From NCBI GenBank assembly GCA_965207225.1, contig CBDBLV010000005.1:416001-480000 (forward strand): 64,000 nucleotides of DNA. Direction: 5' to 3'. Within the stretch, counting starts at the first letter, position 1; each line of letters opens with the position of its first letter. The translations under genes were made by a program, and so were the position numbers. Below the pieces are notes generated by a model. The model did not search any database and was not told the DNA's origin. It worked only from the letters and a program-made list of their open reading frames with translations. Of this stretch, positions 47,611-58,925 are shown piece by piece. The stretch is from Dehalococcoidia bacterium. GTDB taxonomy: Bacteria > Chloroflexota > Dehalococcoidia > Plut-88900.

Positions 47611-49498
47611 CCCAAATCCACCGCCTAAAGGTAGGAATCTGATTTTCTGACCTTTCGGTTGGGCCGGTGGGGGCGTCGATTGGCTACTGACAGGGTTAGC
47701 AGTGGTTTGGCGGGGCCGATGGTGGACGTATGAGGGTCTTGGGGTGCTGCTTTACGATGTTTTGCGTCGATTTTGAGCCGTTTGGCCTCGTAGGAGGACG
47801 CAGCGTCCCTACGACGGTTATCCACGTCGCTTGACCGATAGGCTGTGGCGCGGACCGTCTCAGATTCAGGGAGGGCCGTGAGCCAGCGCCGCTATTCTCC
47901 GGTGTGCCCCGACCAGCAGCGGGAACGATGGATGACCTCGCGCCAGTCGGATCAGCAGCTTCCTGGCATGGTAGACCACTCGACCGGCAAGGTCGATCAG
48001 AGCGAAGCGCACCGCCTTGAGCCGCTTGGTCACCCACTCATCACCCAGCGCCAACTGCTTGACCGCCGAGTTCAGGTTGAACGCCAGCACCGTTATCGCC
48101 CACCACGCTGCGTTGGCTCCGAACTGTCCCGACGGCAGTCTCCCGCCCGCCAGGTCCTCCTTCAGCACACTATGGACCTCCTCGCCTTTCCCGCATCTCT
48201 CACGGTACCACCGCACAACCTCGTCTCCCGGAAGCTCCCGGTTCGTCACTATCCCGCTGATCTTGTACCAGCCGTGGTTCGGCATCTGCATGACCGGAAC
48301 CGACAGCTCAAACTCACTCTCCATGCCCGGTAGCGGCGGTCGCCTCAGAGGTTCTCTGACGGCTATGAAACGGTAGGCGGGACCCTCCTTGTAGCGACCT
48401 AATCGACTGGACATGAAGCCCACCTCGGCCCACTCCTGCCCCGTCTCCACCTCGAACTCCCCCATCATCCGGGGCAACTGACGCCACTCGCTCTCTTCCA
48501 CCAGCGCCGCCTCATGCTTGAACTCGTCCGTGACGCGTACCCCAATCGCGAACTCGATCACTCCGAACCGTTCGTCTCTCCCCTCGGCGCAGTACTCCAG
48601 AAGATCGTTCTGGTAGCCTGCCGTGTCGGACCGCAGCATCACCCGCTCCACTCCCTCGGGTACGCACTCCAACGCGTCTCGCAACACTCGTAGCTGCTCA
48701 AATCCCGCAGGAACGTTGCCGTCTCTGAACTCCGAGTGGACGACCAGGTCCGCCTCGGCCCAGTATGTCGTTAGCGGCTGATAGGCTTTGAATCCCTTGT
48801 AGCAGTAGAGCGCCTCCTGCTTGTGAGTCTCGACCAGCGTCGCGTCCATATCCAGTGTCGCCTGCCTATGCCCGACGTGGCCCTGGACAAAGCCCACCAT
48901 CTCGGCGTTGACCTTCCCAAGTCCGTCCAGCGCGTCGTTGGCCTGGGGTATGAACGCCGTATGAGGCTGCCTCGCCTCCTCCTGGGATGCGTCGTGGAAC
49001 TGGCTCAGATACCGGAACACCGCCGATGGAGACGGCACATAGCGGTGTCGGTCACGCCGCCACCGGTTGCGCACCGCCCTGCGCTCCGAAGCTCGCTGCC
49101 GGTGGGTCTCCACCCTTCCCAACATCCGGCCAAGGCCCTCGTCCGCCTCCAGCACGCGAAGGTCGTCCACCCCTTCGCCGCCCGCCAGGTTCAACAGCGT
49201 CAGTGAGGTGACCATCTGACGGTCCGTCCAACCCTGGCCTCCCTCTCTGACCCTCACGTGGCGTCTGATCGACTCGCCAAGGCCGATTGCCTCGGCCATC
49301 TCCAGGTAGACTGCCAACCCCGATAGCGCCGTCATGCCCCCGATGCGGTTCTCTGCCCTGTACTGGAACGGTAGGACTCCATGTTGCATAATAACTGCAC
49401 CTCGTTGGTGATGGTTTGGGATTGTCACTTACCATCTTAGTCAGCTTTGCAGCCGACTCCAACGAGGTATTCTCATTCAATTAGGCGGTGGATTTGGG
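47611..49498 (-). mobile_element. IS1380-family insertion sequence, copy 2 (identical, tandem)
   Basis: Same IRs, offset 1893 bp; followed by TCACC at 49499-49503. Confidence 0.93.
47866..49428 (-). CDS. IS1380-family DDE transposase (identical copy)
   Basis: Protein identical to 45973..47535. Confidence 0.92.
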   Translation of the reverse strand: MTIPNHHQRGAVIMQHGVLPFQYRAENRIGGMTALSGLAVYLEMAEAIGLGESIRRHVRVREGGQGWTDRQMVTSLTLLNLAGGEGVDDLRVLEADEGLGRMLGRVETHRQRASERRAVRNRWRRDRHRYVPSPSAVFRYLSQFHDASQEEARQPHTAFIPQANDALDGLGKVNAEMVGFVQGHVGHRQATLDMDATLVETHKQEALYCYKGFKAYQPLTTYWAEADLVVHSEFRDGNVPAGFEQLRVLRDALECVPEGVERVMLRSDTAGYQNDLLEYCAEGRDERFGVIEFAIGVRVTDEFKHEAALVEESEWRQLPRMMGEFEVETGQEWAEVGFMSSRLGRYKEGPAYRFIAVREPLRRPPLPGMESEFELSVPVMQMPNHGWYKISGIVTNRELPGDEVVRWYRERCGKGEEVHSVLKEDLAGGRLPSGQFGANAAWWAITVLAFNLNSAVKQLALGDEWVTKRLKAVRFALIDLAGRVVYHARKLLIRLARGHPSFPLLVGAHRRIAALAHGPP

Positions 49499-49512
49499 TC
49501 ACCCCCTCCCTG

Positions 49513-49542
49513 TTGACATCCCCTCCCCCCGTCCCTTAAACT
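49513..49542 (+). promoter_or_regulatory. Putative sigma70 promoter for the pyrG operon
   Basis: TTGACA (49513-49518), 18-bp spacer, TAAACT (49537-49542). Confidence 0.55.
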
Positions 49543-49795
49543 GTTCTATACCCTTGTGCAACCGGCTAGTCCTGACTCCGTCCTCGCACAAACTTTTCCG
49601 GTATTCCCAGCCCAGCCCCCAGACGCCGGAGATTGGTAAAATCCCGTAGCCTTCATCACCCGGACTTGTTATTGACCGGACTCATAGGGCAAGACCTTCG
49701 GCCTTGGCGAACATGCTGAGCCAGGTTGGGTTCCCTACCCCCTCCACCCCCCGACCATCGTTCTTTATTGACCGGCCCATCACCCCTCCCGAGGC

Positions 49796-51442
49796 TTGGT
49801 GTTGACCACTAAATTCATATTCGTTACCGGTGGAGTCGTCAGCTCTGTTGGCAAGGGCATCGCCGTTGCCTCCATCGGCCGCATCCTCAAGAGCTACGGC
49901 ATCAACGTATCCGTCCAGAAACTCGACCCCTACCTCAACGTAGACCCCGGCACCATGTCCCCCTACCAGCACGGCGAGGTCTTCGTCACCAAGGACGGCG
50001 GCGAGACCGACCTCGACCTCGGCCACTACGAACGCTTCATCGATATCGACCTCACCCGCACCTCCAATGTCACAGCCGGCTCCATCTATAGCTCCGTCAT
50101 CTCAAAGGAGCGCCGAGGCGACTATTTGGGAGGCACCATCCAGACCGTCCCCCACGTCACCAACGAGATTAAGGACCGCATGAGGGCCCACGCCGAGGAG
50201 AGCGGTGCAGAGGTCGTCATAGTAGAGGTCGGAGGCACCGTCGGCGACATCGAAAGCCTCCCCTTCCTCGAATCAATCAGGCAGATGCGCAACGACATCG
50301 GCCGCGAAAACGCCCTCAACATCCACGTCACCCTGCTGCCCTACATCTCCGCCACCGCGGAGCTCAAGACCAAGCCGACCCAGCACAGCGTCAAGGAGCT
50401 GCGCAGCATCGGCCTCCAGCCCGACGTCATCCTCTGCCGCAGCGATCATCCCGTCCCCCAGGAGATCAAGGACAAGATCACCCTCTTCTGTGACGTCGAG
50501 CCCCGCGCCGTCATCGGCGCACCCACCGTCGACACCATCTACGAGGTCCCCCTCCTCCTCCAGGAAGAGGGCATAGGCCAGCTCCTCATCGACAAGCTGG
50601 ACCTTCACGCCTCCGGCGCTCCGGACATGGATGGCTGGGCCGAAATGGTAGACCGCATCAAGCAGCCCAAGGAGTCGGTGCCTATCGCCATCGTAGGCAA
50701 GTACGTGGAGCTCCCCGACTCCTACTGCTCCGTCCGGGAGGCTCTGTACCACGCCGGCCTATTCCACGGCTGCGACGTGGAAGTTTCCTGGATTCACTCG
50801 GAGGACCTGGAGTCCAACGGGGTCCACGAAAGTCTCCAGTCCGTGAGAGGCATAGTCGTGCCCGGCGGCTTCGGCCCCCGAGGCGTCGAAGGCATGATCA
50901 AGACCGCCCGCTATGCCCGGGAGCGCGAGATCCCCTATCTCGGCCTCTGCCTCGGCATGCAGGTCATGGTCATCGAATACACCCGGCACGTCCTCAAATC
51001 CTCTGAACCCAACTCCACGGAGTTCGATCTCGAGACCGGAGAACCCGTCGTCTACCTCATGCCCGACCAGAAAAACGTCAAAGACATGGGTGGCACCATG
51101 CGCCTCGGTTCCTACCCCTGCAAGGCCGTCCCCGGCACTTGGGCCGAGCGGGCCTACGACGGCTACGTCGTTCAGGAACGCCACCGGCACCGCTTCGAAA
51201 TCAACAACGACTACCGGGAAGTCCTCCAGGAGAGCGGCATGGTCTTCAGCGGCCTCTCCCCCGACGGAAACCTCGTCGAAATCGCCGAGCTCGGAGGGCA
51301 CCCCTTCATGGTCGGAAGCCAGTTCCACCCCGAGTTCCGCTCCCGCCCCCAGCGTCCCCACCCCCTCTTCAGGGAATTCGTTTCCGCAGCCAGGGGAGTA
51401 GTAAGAGAAGGAGAGCAGAGACCCCTCCCGGCATTGCGCTAG
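49796..51442 (+). CDS. pyrG: CTP synthase
   Basis: [54 protein letters not shown]. Confidence 0.98.
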   Translation: MVLTTKFIFVTGGVVSSVGKGIAVASIGRILKSYGINVSVQKLDPYLNVDPGTMSPYQHGEVFVTKDGGETDLDLGHYERFIDIDLTRTSNVTAGSIYSSVISKERRGDYLGGTIQTVPHVTNEIKDRMRAHAEESGAEVVIVEVGGTVGDIESLPFLESIRQMRNDIGRENALNIHVTLLPYISATAELKTKPTQHSVKELRSIGLQPDVILCRSDHPVPQEIKDKITLFCDVEPRAVIGAPTVDTIYEVPLLLQEEGIGQLLIDKLDLHASGAPDMDGWAEMVDRIKQPKESVPIAIVGKYVELPDSYCSVREALYHAGLFHGCDVEVSWIHSEDLESNGVHESLQSVRGIVVPGGFGPRGVEGMIKTARYAREREIPYLGLCLGMQVMVIEYTRHVLKSSEPNSTEFDLETGEPVVYLMPDQKNVKDMGGTMRLGSYPCKAVPGTWAERAYDGYVVQERHRHRFEINNDYREVLQESGMVFSGLSPDGNLVEIAELGGHPFMVGSQFHPEFRSRPQRPHPLFREFVSAARGVVREGEQRPLPALR

Positions 51443-51485
51443 TCAGGTAGCTTTACAGCCAGTTTACAATTATGGGGATGTAGCT

Positions 51486-52136
51486 ATGCAGATTTGGCTC
51501 GACACCGCAGACATCGAAGAGATCCGGGAAGCCGCCCGGTACGGCGTTATCTCCGGGGTTACCACTAACCCTTCCCTCGCCGCTAAGGCCGGCCACCTTG
51601 ACCTGCGCGCCGCCATATTGGAGATATGTGACCTCGTCGATGGCCCCGTCAACGCCGAGGTCCTCAGCCTCAACGCCCGGGAGATGATCGAAGAGGGTCG
51701 TGAGATCGCCACCTGGGCCCCGAACGTCGTCGTCAAGGTCCCCATCGGCGAAGAGGGCCTCCAGGCCATTTCAACCCTCTCCTCCGAAGGCATAGCCGTG
51801 AACCAGACCCTCACTTTCTCCGTCAATCAGGCCCTCCTCGGGGCCCTCGCCGGCGCAACCTACATCAGCCCCTTCGTCGGCAGGCTCGACGATGCAGGCA
51901 ACGACGGCATGACCCTCGTCGCCGACATGGTGGAAGTATTCAAGGTGCAGAACCTTGACGCCAAGGTCCTCGCCGCCAGCCTCCGACACCCCCAGCACGT
52001 GGTCCAGGCCGCCATGGCCGGTGCCCACGTCTCTACCCTTCCCTACAAGGTCTTCAAGCAGATGTTCCTTCACCCCCTAACCGATATCGGCCTAAAGCGT
52101 TTTATAGATGACTGGCGAGGCCTGGTCCGGGTCTAG
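51486..52136 (+). CDS. tal: Transaldolase (TalC/Fsa family)
   Basis: LDTA, GVTTNPSL, AEV, VVKVP, SPFVGRLDD, LAASLR; Glu and Phe positions favour transaldolase. Confidence 0.93.
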   Translation: MQIWLDTADIEEIREAARYGVISGVTTNPSLAAKAGHLDLRAAILEICDLVDGPVNAEVLSLNAREMIEEGREIATWAPNVVVKVPIGEEGLQAISTLSSEGIAVNQTLTFSVNQALLGALAGATYISPFVGRLDDAGNDGMTLVADMVEVFKVQNLDAKVLAASLRHPQHVVQAAMAGAHVSTLPYKVFKQMFLHPLTDIGLKRFIDDWRGLVRV

Positions 52137-52181
52137 ACCCCCGACCTCACCCTTGCCGCAACTCCCCACCCCGAGCACCCC

Positions 52182-53498
52182 ATGAAAAGGAGATCCCCCC
52201 CCGCAGTGAGCCCCACCATCCTCGCAGAACCAACGCGCATTGATATCGCGGACCTTGAGGCCCTTCCACGCGAACGCCTCCTCGAACTCGCCCGAGAGGC
52301 CAATATCAACAACTACGCCTCCCTCAAGAAGGGCGAGCTCGTTTTCCGCCTCCTCCCTTCCCGCCTCGACGACCAGTACGTCATCATCTCCGGCGGCATC
52401 CTATCCCTCGCCGACGAGGGCTACGGCTTCCTCCGCCACGACGGCCTCAAGGCCGGAGTCAACGACGTATACGTCTCCCAGTCCCAGATTAGGCGCTTCG
52501 GCCTCCGCACCGGTGACCACGTCACCGGACAGATCAGGCCTCCCAAGGACAGCGAAAAGTTCTACGGCCTTCTTCGCGTCGAATCAATCAACGGCGCCGA
52601 CCCGAACATCGCCAAGATTCGTCCCTCCTTCGATGACCTCACCCCCATATTCCCCGAGGAGCTGATCAACCTGGAAGCCCCCGGCAACGGCCTCTCCGGC
52701 AGGCTGATGACCCTCATGTCACCCATCGGCCGGGGCCAGCGCGGCCTTATCGTCTCGCCGCCCAAGGCCGGCAAGACCATCCTCCTCAAGCACATCGCCA
52801 ACGGCATAACTACCAACTACGACAACATACGCCTCATGGTAGTCCTCATCGGTGAACGCCCCGAAGAAGTCACCGACATGAAGCGCTCCGTCAACGGCGA
52901 GGTCATCTCCTCCACCTTCGACGAACCCGTCGAGGACCACACCAAGGTGGCCGAGGTCGCCTTGGCCCGGGCCAAGCGCCTCGTAGAGGTCGGCGAAGAC
53001 GTCGTTATCCTCCTCGACTCCATCACGCGGCTCACCAGGGCCTACAACCTCGCCATTCCCACCAGCGGGCGCACCCTTTCCGGCGGCATAGACCCCGTTG
53101 CCCTCTACCCGCCCAAGCAGTTCTTCGGCGCAGCCCGCAACTGCGAAGAAGGCGGCTCCCTCACCATCATCGGTACCTGCCTGGTCGACACCGGCTCCCG
53201 CATGGACGAGGTCATCTATGAAGAGTTCAAGGGCACCGGCAACATGGAGGTCCACCTCGACCGCAAGCTCTCCGAGCGCCGCATCTTCCCCGCCATCGAC
53301 ATCCAGAAGTCCGGCACCCGACGTGAGGAGAAGCTCCTCGACGAGCAGACCCTCAAACAGGTCTGGCTCCTCCGCCGCATGGTCTCCATGATCTCCAACG
53401 ACCCCAACTCCTCCGCCGACGCCACCGAAAAAGTCCTCCAACGCATGGCCAAGACCACCTCCAACGCCGAATTCCTCACCAACCTCAAAACTGGCTAA
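52182..53498 (+). CDS. rho: Transcription termination factor Rho
   Basis: [55 protein letters not shown]. Confidence 0.98.
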   Translation: MKRRSPPAVSPTILAEPTRIDIADLEALPRERLLELAREANINNYASLKKGELVFRLLPSRLDDQYVIISGGILSLADEGYGFLRHDGLKAGVNDVYVSQSQIRRFGLRTGDHVTGQIRPPKDSEKFYGLLRVESINGADPNIAKIRPSFDDLTPIFPEELINLEAPGNGLSGRLMTLMSPIGRGQRGLIVSPPKAGKTILLKHIANGITTNYDNIRLMVVLIGERPEEVTDMKRSVNGEVISSTFDEPVEDHTKVAEVALARAKRLVEVGEDVVILLDSITRLTRAYNLAIPTSGRTLSGGIDPVALYPPKQFFGAARNCEEGGSLTIIGTCLVDTGSRMDEVIYEEFKGTGNMEVHLDRKLSERRIFPAIDIQKSGTRREEKLLDEQTLKQVWLLRRMVSMISNDPNSSADATEKVLQRMAKTTSNAEFLTNLKTG

Positions 53499-53763
53499 CC
53501 CCCCATCCCCCCTCCCTAGTATTGAACTAGAGGCAGGGATCCGCGTTCTAGCGCCGACCTCTTCCCTCCCCTCCGGCCCACCCAGGATGCACCACGCCCC
53601 TGGTTTTCTACTCTAGGCATCGTTTAATCAAAACAGCTACGAGTTCAATCAACATTCAATCAAACACCGGCAGCATCTCGCTGCCCCCATCCAACCTTGA
53701 CTACCCAGCCTCCACAGGTATAGGGTGAACCTTGCCGATTTTGAATTCTCTCGGGGGATAAAC

Positions 53764-55404
53764 ATGGCCACCGTAACCGGAAGCTACCTCATCGCCAGGA
53801 CACTCAAGGAGGAGGGCGTCGACACCCTCTTCTATCTCATGGGTGGCCCCAACTTCGACATCGTCATGTCCAGTGAAGACCTCGGCATCAACACCGTAGA
53901 CTTCCGCCACGAGCAGGGCGCGGCCTTCGCCGCCCACGCCTACGCCCGGGTCTCCGGCAAGCCCGGCGTCTGCACCGCCGCCTCTGGCCCCGGCACCCTG
54001 AACCTCCTCACCGGCGTCTACACAGCTTCCATTGACAACTCCCCCATGGTCATCCTCGGCGGCGCAGGCCCCGTCCACGACATCGGCCGCGAGGCCTTCC
54101 AGGAAGTCGACCAGATGAACATCATGCGGCCCCTGTGCAAGTACCTCCACCAGCCCACCATGGCCGCCCGGTACCCGGAGGTCGTCAGTACCGCCTTCCG
54201 ACAGGCCATGTCCGGCCGCCCGGGCCCCGTCTACATCGACTGCGGCGCCGACGTTCTCTACGAGGAGATCGAAGAGTCCGATGCCGTGGCCCCTTCCCGC
54301 TACGAAAAGCGCAGCAAGCCCAACGCCGACCCCGCCGCCGTCGCCGAAGCCGTAGACATGCTCGCAAAGGCGGAGCGTCCCATGATCATGGCCGGCGGAG
54401 GTGTCGTCTTCTCCGGCGCCAGCCCCGAGCTCGAACGCCTCGTCGACATCACAAACATCCCCTTCTATACCGCCCCCATGTCCCGGGGCGTCGTACCCGA
54501 AGACCACGTCGTCTCCTTCCCGGGTGCCCGCAGCACCGCCATGCGGGAGGCCGACATCGTACTCGTCGTCGGCACCCGGCTCAACTGGATGATGAACTAC
54601 GGGCAGCGCCTCGGCCCTGACGCCAAGATCATCCAGATCGACATTGAAGCCAGCGAAATCGGCCACAACCGGGACGTTGCTCTCGGCATCGTAGCCGATG
54701 CTAAGCTCGCCCTCGCCCAGATCGTCGCCGAGGCCGAAGCCCAGGAAGCCAGCTTCGCCGGCGCCCTCGAATCGCCTTGGATAGTCAAACTCAACGAAGT
54801 CAACGACCAGCGCGCCGAAAAGATCGCCCCCCTCCTCAACTCCGATTCACAGCCCATCCATCCCCTGCGAATCTGCAAGGAAATCAGGGAGTTCCTGGAC
54901 CGCGACGCGATCCTCTGCGTGGACGGCAACGAGATCCTTCACTACGCCCGGCAGTCCATCCCCACCTTCGAATCAGGCCACAGGCTCAACGCTGGTGTCA
55001 CCGGTACCATGGGCGTGGGCCTTCCCTACGGCATAGGCGCCCAGCTCGCCAAGCCCGACAAGCAGGTCCTCGTCCTCCACGGCGACGGCTCCATGGGCAT
55101 GAACGCTATGGAGGTCGACACGGCAGTCCGCCACAACCTCCCGGTAGTAACCGTCGTCAGCAACAACGCAGGCTGGACCGCCCGCTCCCTCGACACCCGA
55201 AAGCCGGGCCGGGAGCTCGGCTTCACCGCCTTCCACGAAATGGCCGAGTCCCTCGGCGGCTATGGCGAAAAAGTCGAAGACCCCGCCGAGATCAAACCCG
55301 CCCTGGAGCGGGCCTACGCCAGCGGCAAGGCCGCCGTCATTAACGTCATCGCAGACCCCTATGCCCGCGCCGTCTCCAACTGGGGTGGCTCCCGCATGGA
55401 ATAG
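53764..55404 (+). CDS. Thiamine diphosphate-dependent enzyme (acetolactate synthase/oxalyl-CoA decarboxylase/2-hydroxyacyl-CoA lyase-like)
   Basis: RHEQGAAFAA, SGPG, AFQEVDQ, GTMGVG, GDGSMG..VSNN. Confidence 0.9.
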   Translation: MATVTGSYLIARTLKEEGVDTLFYLMGGPNFDIVMSSEDLGINTVDFRHEQGAAFAAHAYARVSGKPGVCTAASGPGTLNLLTGVYTASIDNSPMVILGGAGPVHDIGREAFQEVDQMNIMRPLCKYLHQPTMAARYPEVVSTAFRQAMSGRPGPVYIDCGADVLYEEIEESDAVAPSRYEKRSKPNADPAAVAEAVDMLAKAERPMIMAGGGVVFSGASPELERLVDITNIPFYTAPMSRGVVPEDHVVSFPGARSTAMREADIVLVVGTRLNWMMNYGQRLGPDAKIIQIDIEASEIGHNRDVALGIVADAKLALAQIVAEAEAQEASFAGALESPWIVKLNEVNDQRAEKIAPLLNSDSQPIHPLRICKEIREFLDRDAILCVDGNEILHYARQSIPTFESGHRLNAGVTGTMGVGLPYGIGAQLAKPDKQVLVLHGDGSMGMNAMEVDTAVRHNLPVVTVVSNNAGWTARSLDTRKPGRELGFTAFHEMAESLGGYGEKVEDPAEIKPALERAYASGKAAVINVIADPYARAVSNWGGSRME

Positions 55405-55469
55405 GAATCCCTCTGTCCCTACAGCACACCAGTGAATATCCCACAAGGGGTTGGGATGGGATGTCCGGC

Positions 55470-55506
55470 CCCCTCTCCCTCGATGGGAGAGGGTTGGGGT
55501 GAGGGT
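55470..55506. repeat. Intergenic palindromic repeat CCCTCTCCC..GGGAGAGGG
   Basis: Hairpin ccctctccc-tcgat-gggagaggg followed by ttggggtgaggg; related to about 32377-32412. Confidence 0.55.
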
Positions 55507-55568
55507 GAGTCGAATGTCCAAATGCTAGCTGTGCAATTGCCCTCACCCACCAGAAAAGACACCACCCC

Positions 55569-56852
55569 TTGAGCAACCAGACCCACCTAACCACCCCCGA
55601 GGCCCAACGCCTCGCCGATGGTGGCAGCCAGGGTCTGCTCTCCCGGGTCCACACCTTCGATTCCCTGAAGGAACCCAGCTACCGCTGGCTCTGGCTCGGG
55701 ATGCTTGGCTCCTTCGCCGGTATGCAGATGCAGATGCTGGCCCGGGGCTGGCTGGTCGTCGACAAGCTGGATGGCTCCGCCCTCGACTTGGGCATCGTCA
55801 CCTCCAGCAACGGCCTCCCCCTTCTCGTCCTTTCCCTCTTCGGCGGCGTAATCAGCGACAGGTTCCCCAAGCGCAACCTGCTGATAATCACCCAGTCCTG
55901 CAACGGCCTGATTGCCCTCCTGGTCGCCCTCCTCATCATCACCGACCGCGTCCAGATCTGGCACATGATCTTAGCCGCCATCCTGACCGGCACCGTCTTC
56001 GCCTTCAACATGCCCGGCCGCCAGAGCCTGATCCCAGAGCTTGTGAGCAAGGACAAGCTCTCCAATGCCGTGGCCCTCAACTCGGCAGGCATGAACCTGA
56101 ACAGGATCATAGCTCCGGGCATCGCCGGCATCCTGGTGGCAGTAATTGGCCTCGGCGGCGTCTACTTCATGATAGTGGCCTGCTACGCCTTCGCCGCCTT
56201 CACCATGGTATTGGTCCGACCCACCAGGCCCCCCACCCCGCCCCGCACTACCTCCATCATCCAGGACCTCAAGGCTGGCCTCCGTTACGCTAAGAACGAA
56301 CCCCGGATATCCAGCCTGCTCCTCCTGGCCCTCGTTCCCCTCCTCTTCGCCCATCCGTACCAGGCCCTCCTCCCCGTATTCGCCAAGAGCGTCCTGGGAA
56401 TCGAATCGGATGGCCTGGGCTTTCTCATGGGCGCCGTGGGTGTCGGGGCCGTTTCTGGCACCCTCGTCCTCGCTTCCCTCTCCGGCACCCGGAACAAGGG
56501 GCTGAAGATGATAGCCCTGCTGGTAGTGTTCGGGCTGGCCCTCATCCTCTTTGCCCGGTCCGGTTCCTTCTACCTGTCTCTGCCGGCCCTCTTCTTGGTC
56601 GGAGTCGGGAGCATGGGCTACAACGCCCTCAACCACACCCTGCTCCTTACCACCTCTACACCCGAGATGCGAGGCCGGGTCACGAGCATCTACATGATGA
56701 GCTTCGGCATCATGCCTCTTGGAGTCTTTCCCATGACCGCCGCTGCCGACGCCATAGGCCCTCCCAACGCGCTGACCATCGGCGGTGCAGGGCTTGTGCT
56801 GATAACCTTGCTGATGGTCCTATGGAGGCCCCAGATCCGGTCGCTGAGGTAA
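55569..56852 (+). CDS. MFS transporter (MFS_3-like)
   Basis: About 12 TM; GGVISDRFPKRNLL, PGRQSLIPELV, MRGRVTS. Confidence 0.92.
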   Translation: MSNQTHLTTPEAQRLADGGSQGLLSRVHTFDSLKEPSYRWLWLGMLGSFAGMQMQMLARGWLVVDKLDGSALDLGIVTSSNGLPLLVLSLFGGVISDRFPKRNLLIITQSCNGLIALLVALLIITDRVQIWHMILAAILTGTVFAFNMPGRQSLIPELVSKDKLSNAVALNSAGMNLNRIIAPGIAGILVAVIGLGGVYFMIVACYAFAAFTMVLVRPTRPPTPPRTTSIIQDLKAGLRYAKNEPRISSLLLLALVPLLFAHPYQALLPVFAKSVLGIESDGLGFLMGAVGVGAVSGTLVLASLSGTRNKGLKMIALLVVFGLALILFARSGSFYLSLPALFLVGVGSMGYNALNHTLLLTTSTPEMRGRVTSIYMMSFGIMPLGVFPMTAAADAIGPPNALTIGGAGLVLITLLMVLWRPQIRSLR

Positions 56853-56856
56853 CGGG

Positions 56857-57621
56857 TTAGTCGTCCAGGTCGTCGTCGTGGACGTGCGGAGCTGCAGAAT
56901 GCCCAACGTGCGCCCCGAGACTCTCCACCTGCCGGCGCTCGTCTTCCTCCCTGGGCGGAAGGGCATCTATCGCCTCCCGAAGCCTTGGCAGTTCCGAAGC
57001 CTCTTTCTTCGACTTTACGTCCACCACCACCCCCATCGCCCCCACGTGCCTCAGCGCCGAAAGGTCCCCGTCCGTCAGCCCCGGCCTGACCTGCACCAGG
57101 CACGGCTTGCTCACCACAGTCAGGATCGACCTCAGCGTCATCAGGTCGGAGATCATCAAATCCCCGTTGGCCTCGTGCTCTATTAGAAGGCAGTCGATTG
57201 GCACATCCTCCAGGATGCGCAGGTATGCCTCTTCGATAGAGGTCGAAACGGAAAGCACTTTGGTCACATTCTCTTCGTTCAGCAACGCCCCCTGGGAACT
57301 CTCGGCATCGAGCACCACGAAGTCGCTGCCCATCTCCCCTAGCCCCGAGACTTCGACCACCTTTATTCCGGGCGCCTGCACCCCCCACACCCCCGACTCG
57401 GGCAGACCTTGCGGAGCTTTAGCCTGCTCAGCCTCATCCGCCTTCACTATCACGCAGTCCGCCGGCCCCACCGCCCCCGCAACCGATTTCCCCGCCGATG
57501 CATCGAGCCGCACAATAAGGACCATCGGCGGTACGGGCGTATAAGTAGAAGAAGAGACAAAGCCCATCCGCCTCGGCGCTGGCTGACCGGCCTTGTCAAG
57601 TTTGTCCAGTAGTTTGCTCAT
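56857..57621 (-). CDS. Hypothetical protein, possibly a degenerate TIM-barrel/aldolase-like fold
   Basis: 254 aa ORF with GGAAGG RBS, coding-like composition and alternating beta/alpha pattern; fold call is tentative. Confidence 0.7.
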   Translation of the reverse strand: MSKLLDKLDKAGQPAPRRMGFVSSSTYTPVPPMVLIVRLDASAGKSVAGAVGPADCVIVKADEAEQAKAPQGLPESGVWGVQAPGIKVVEVSGLGEMGSDFVVLDAESSQGALLNEENVTKVLSVSTSIEEAYLRILEDVPIDCLLIEHEANGDLMISDLMTLRSILTVVSKPCLVQVRPGLTDGDLSALRHVGAMGVVVDVKSKKEASELPRLREAIDALPPREEDERRQVESLGAHVGHSAAPHVHDDDLDD

Positions 57622-57823
57622 TCAGAGTGGCCTTCCGATAGAAGTTAAGGTAGCTGGAACGGCCCGCTATGGTATAGGCGCACCGGAAGTAGTGTCAATC
57701 GAGATTTGGGTGAATAACAGCCCCCTTGCTCAAAGGAGTTAGGACTACCACTGTCAATCAATTCAGTTTGACTAGCAGGTAATAGGGATGACGAGTGAAA
57801 AGTGCTCTTGGTTAGCTCTTTGC

Positions 57824-58912
57824 CTAATCGTCGGCCCACTTGAGCCGGACTTTCAGATCATTAAGTTGGCTCCAAGGAATTTTCCCTTCATGTTGTAGCC
57901 GCCCTGCAACAATACCAGGTGCTATATGCTGCTCCCGCGCGAAATTGCGGACTCTGCTTGCAGTGAAGGGTTGGGACACGATGAAGTTATTCCAGTCATC
58001 GCGTGAAACTAGGAAATCGGACGCCCAATTGTCAGCTTCCACATCCTCGCTTGTTTTCTTGCCGTCGCGTTTATCTACGAAGACGTGTTTCTTGCCATGT
58101 AAGAGGATGTGAGCGGCTTCGTGGAAGAAACTATACCAGAGGTGATCGTGACTCATGTGTCGAGCACTGAGTTGGATGAGCGCCTTTTGGGGTGTCAGCC
58201 AACGAGCTGCCCCGCTAAGTGCAGTTTTAGTAAGTGGTTTAACTACTGTCAGAGCAACTCCAGATTGTGCGCAGAGTTTTTCCGCATCTGCGAGAACCTC
58301 AATGGATTCCACAGCAGTCAATTCACGGATTCTATGTAGAGCCCCCCTGAATCTTGATTCCTTGTAACTTGCACACTCAATCTGCTCTGCTTCCAACTCT
58401 CCTAGCCTGAGCCATGCTGCAAGGGCGTACTGGTTGCTCTTGAAACTGGGAGAATGCCGATAGGCGACTTGAGCGCTTGCGTACTTCTTTTCCCAGGAGG
58501 TCACAGAAGCTACGCCAAAGAAAGCCAACACTGAGGCCACTCTACCGGCTGGGGATGCAGGTTTCTCGATGGCCTTCCTTTTAGTGAGTTCGCCAATAGG
58601 GAACTGGCTAGACCAATCCAGCCACTCAGCTGCTCTTTGCCTTTCTGCCTCACGGGCTTGGTGAAGTTGATAGTCAGACTCTATCCCCAGCCAAATGCTG
58701 GCGTCCATTCCGAGAACCTTCTCGAACTGGAGCGCAGTCCTCGGCTCTACGGGAGCCTTACCAGCAATTATGTCACTGATTAGTTTGGGTGATCTGCCGC
58801 ATCGTCTGGCAAACTCTGCGTGAGACATTTCCCGTGCGTCAAGGTGGCTCTCCAGAACATGACCTGGCGAGACCGCATAATCGGGTTGGTAGTAATATGT
58901 GGCAGTTGCCAT
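57824..58912 (-). CDS. higA: HigA-family HTH antitoxin fused to ImmA/IrrE (M78) metallopeptidase
   Basis: AVSPGHVL..MSHAEFARRCGRSPKLISDII.GK HTH; FFHEAAHILLH; EADNWA. Confidence 0.88.
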   Translation of the reverse strand: MATATYYYQPDYAVSPGHVLESHLDAREMSHAEFARRCGRSPKLISDIIAGKAPVEPRTALQFEKVLGMDASIWLGIESDYQLHQAREAERQRAAEWLDWSSQFPIGELTKRKAIEKPASPAGRVASVLAFFGVASVTSWEKKYASAQVAYRHSPSFKSNQYALAAWLRLGELEAEQIECASYKESRFRGALHRIRELTAVESIEVLADAEKLCAQSGVALTVVKPLTKTALSGAARWLTPQKALIQLSARHMSHDHLWYSFFHEAAHILLHGKKHVFVDKRDGKKTSEDVEADNWASDFLVSRDDWNNFIVSQPFTASRVRNFAREQHIAPGIVAGRLQHEGKIPWSQLNDLKVRLKWADD

Positions 58913-58925
58913 TTCTCTCCCTTTG

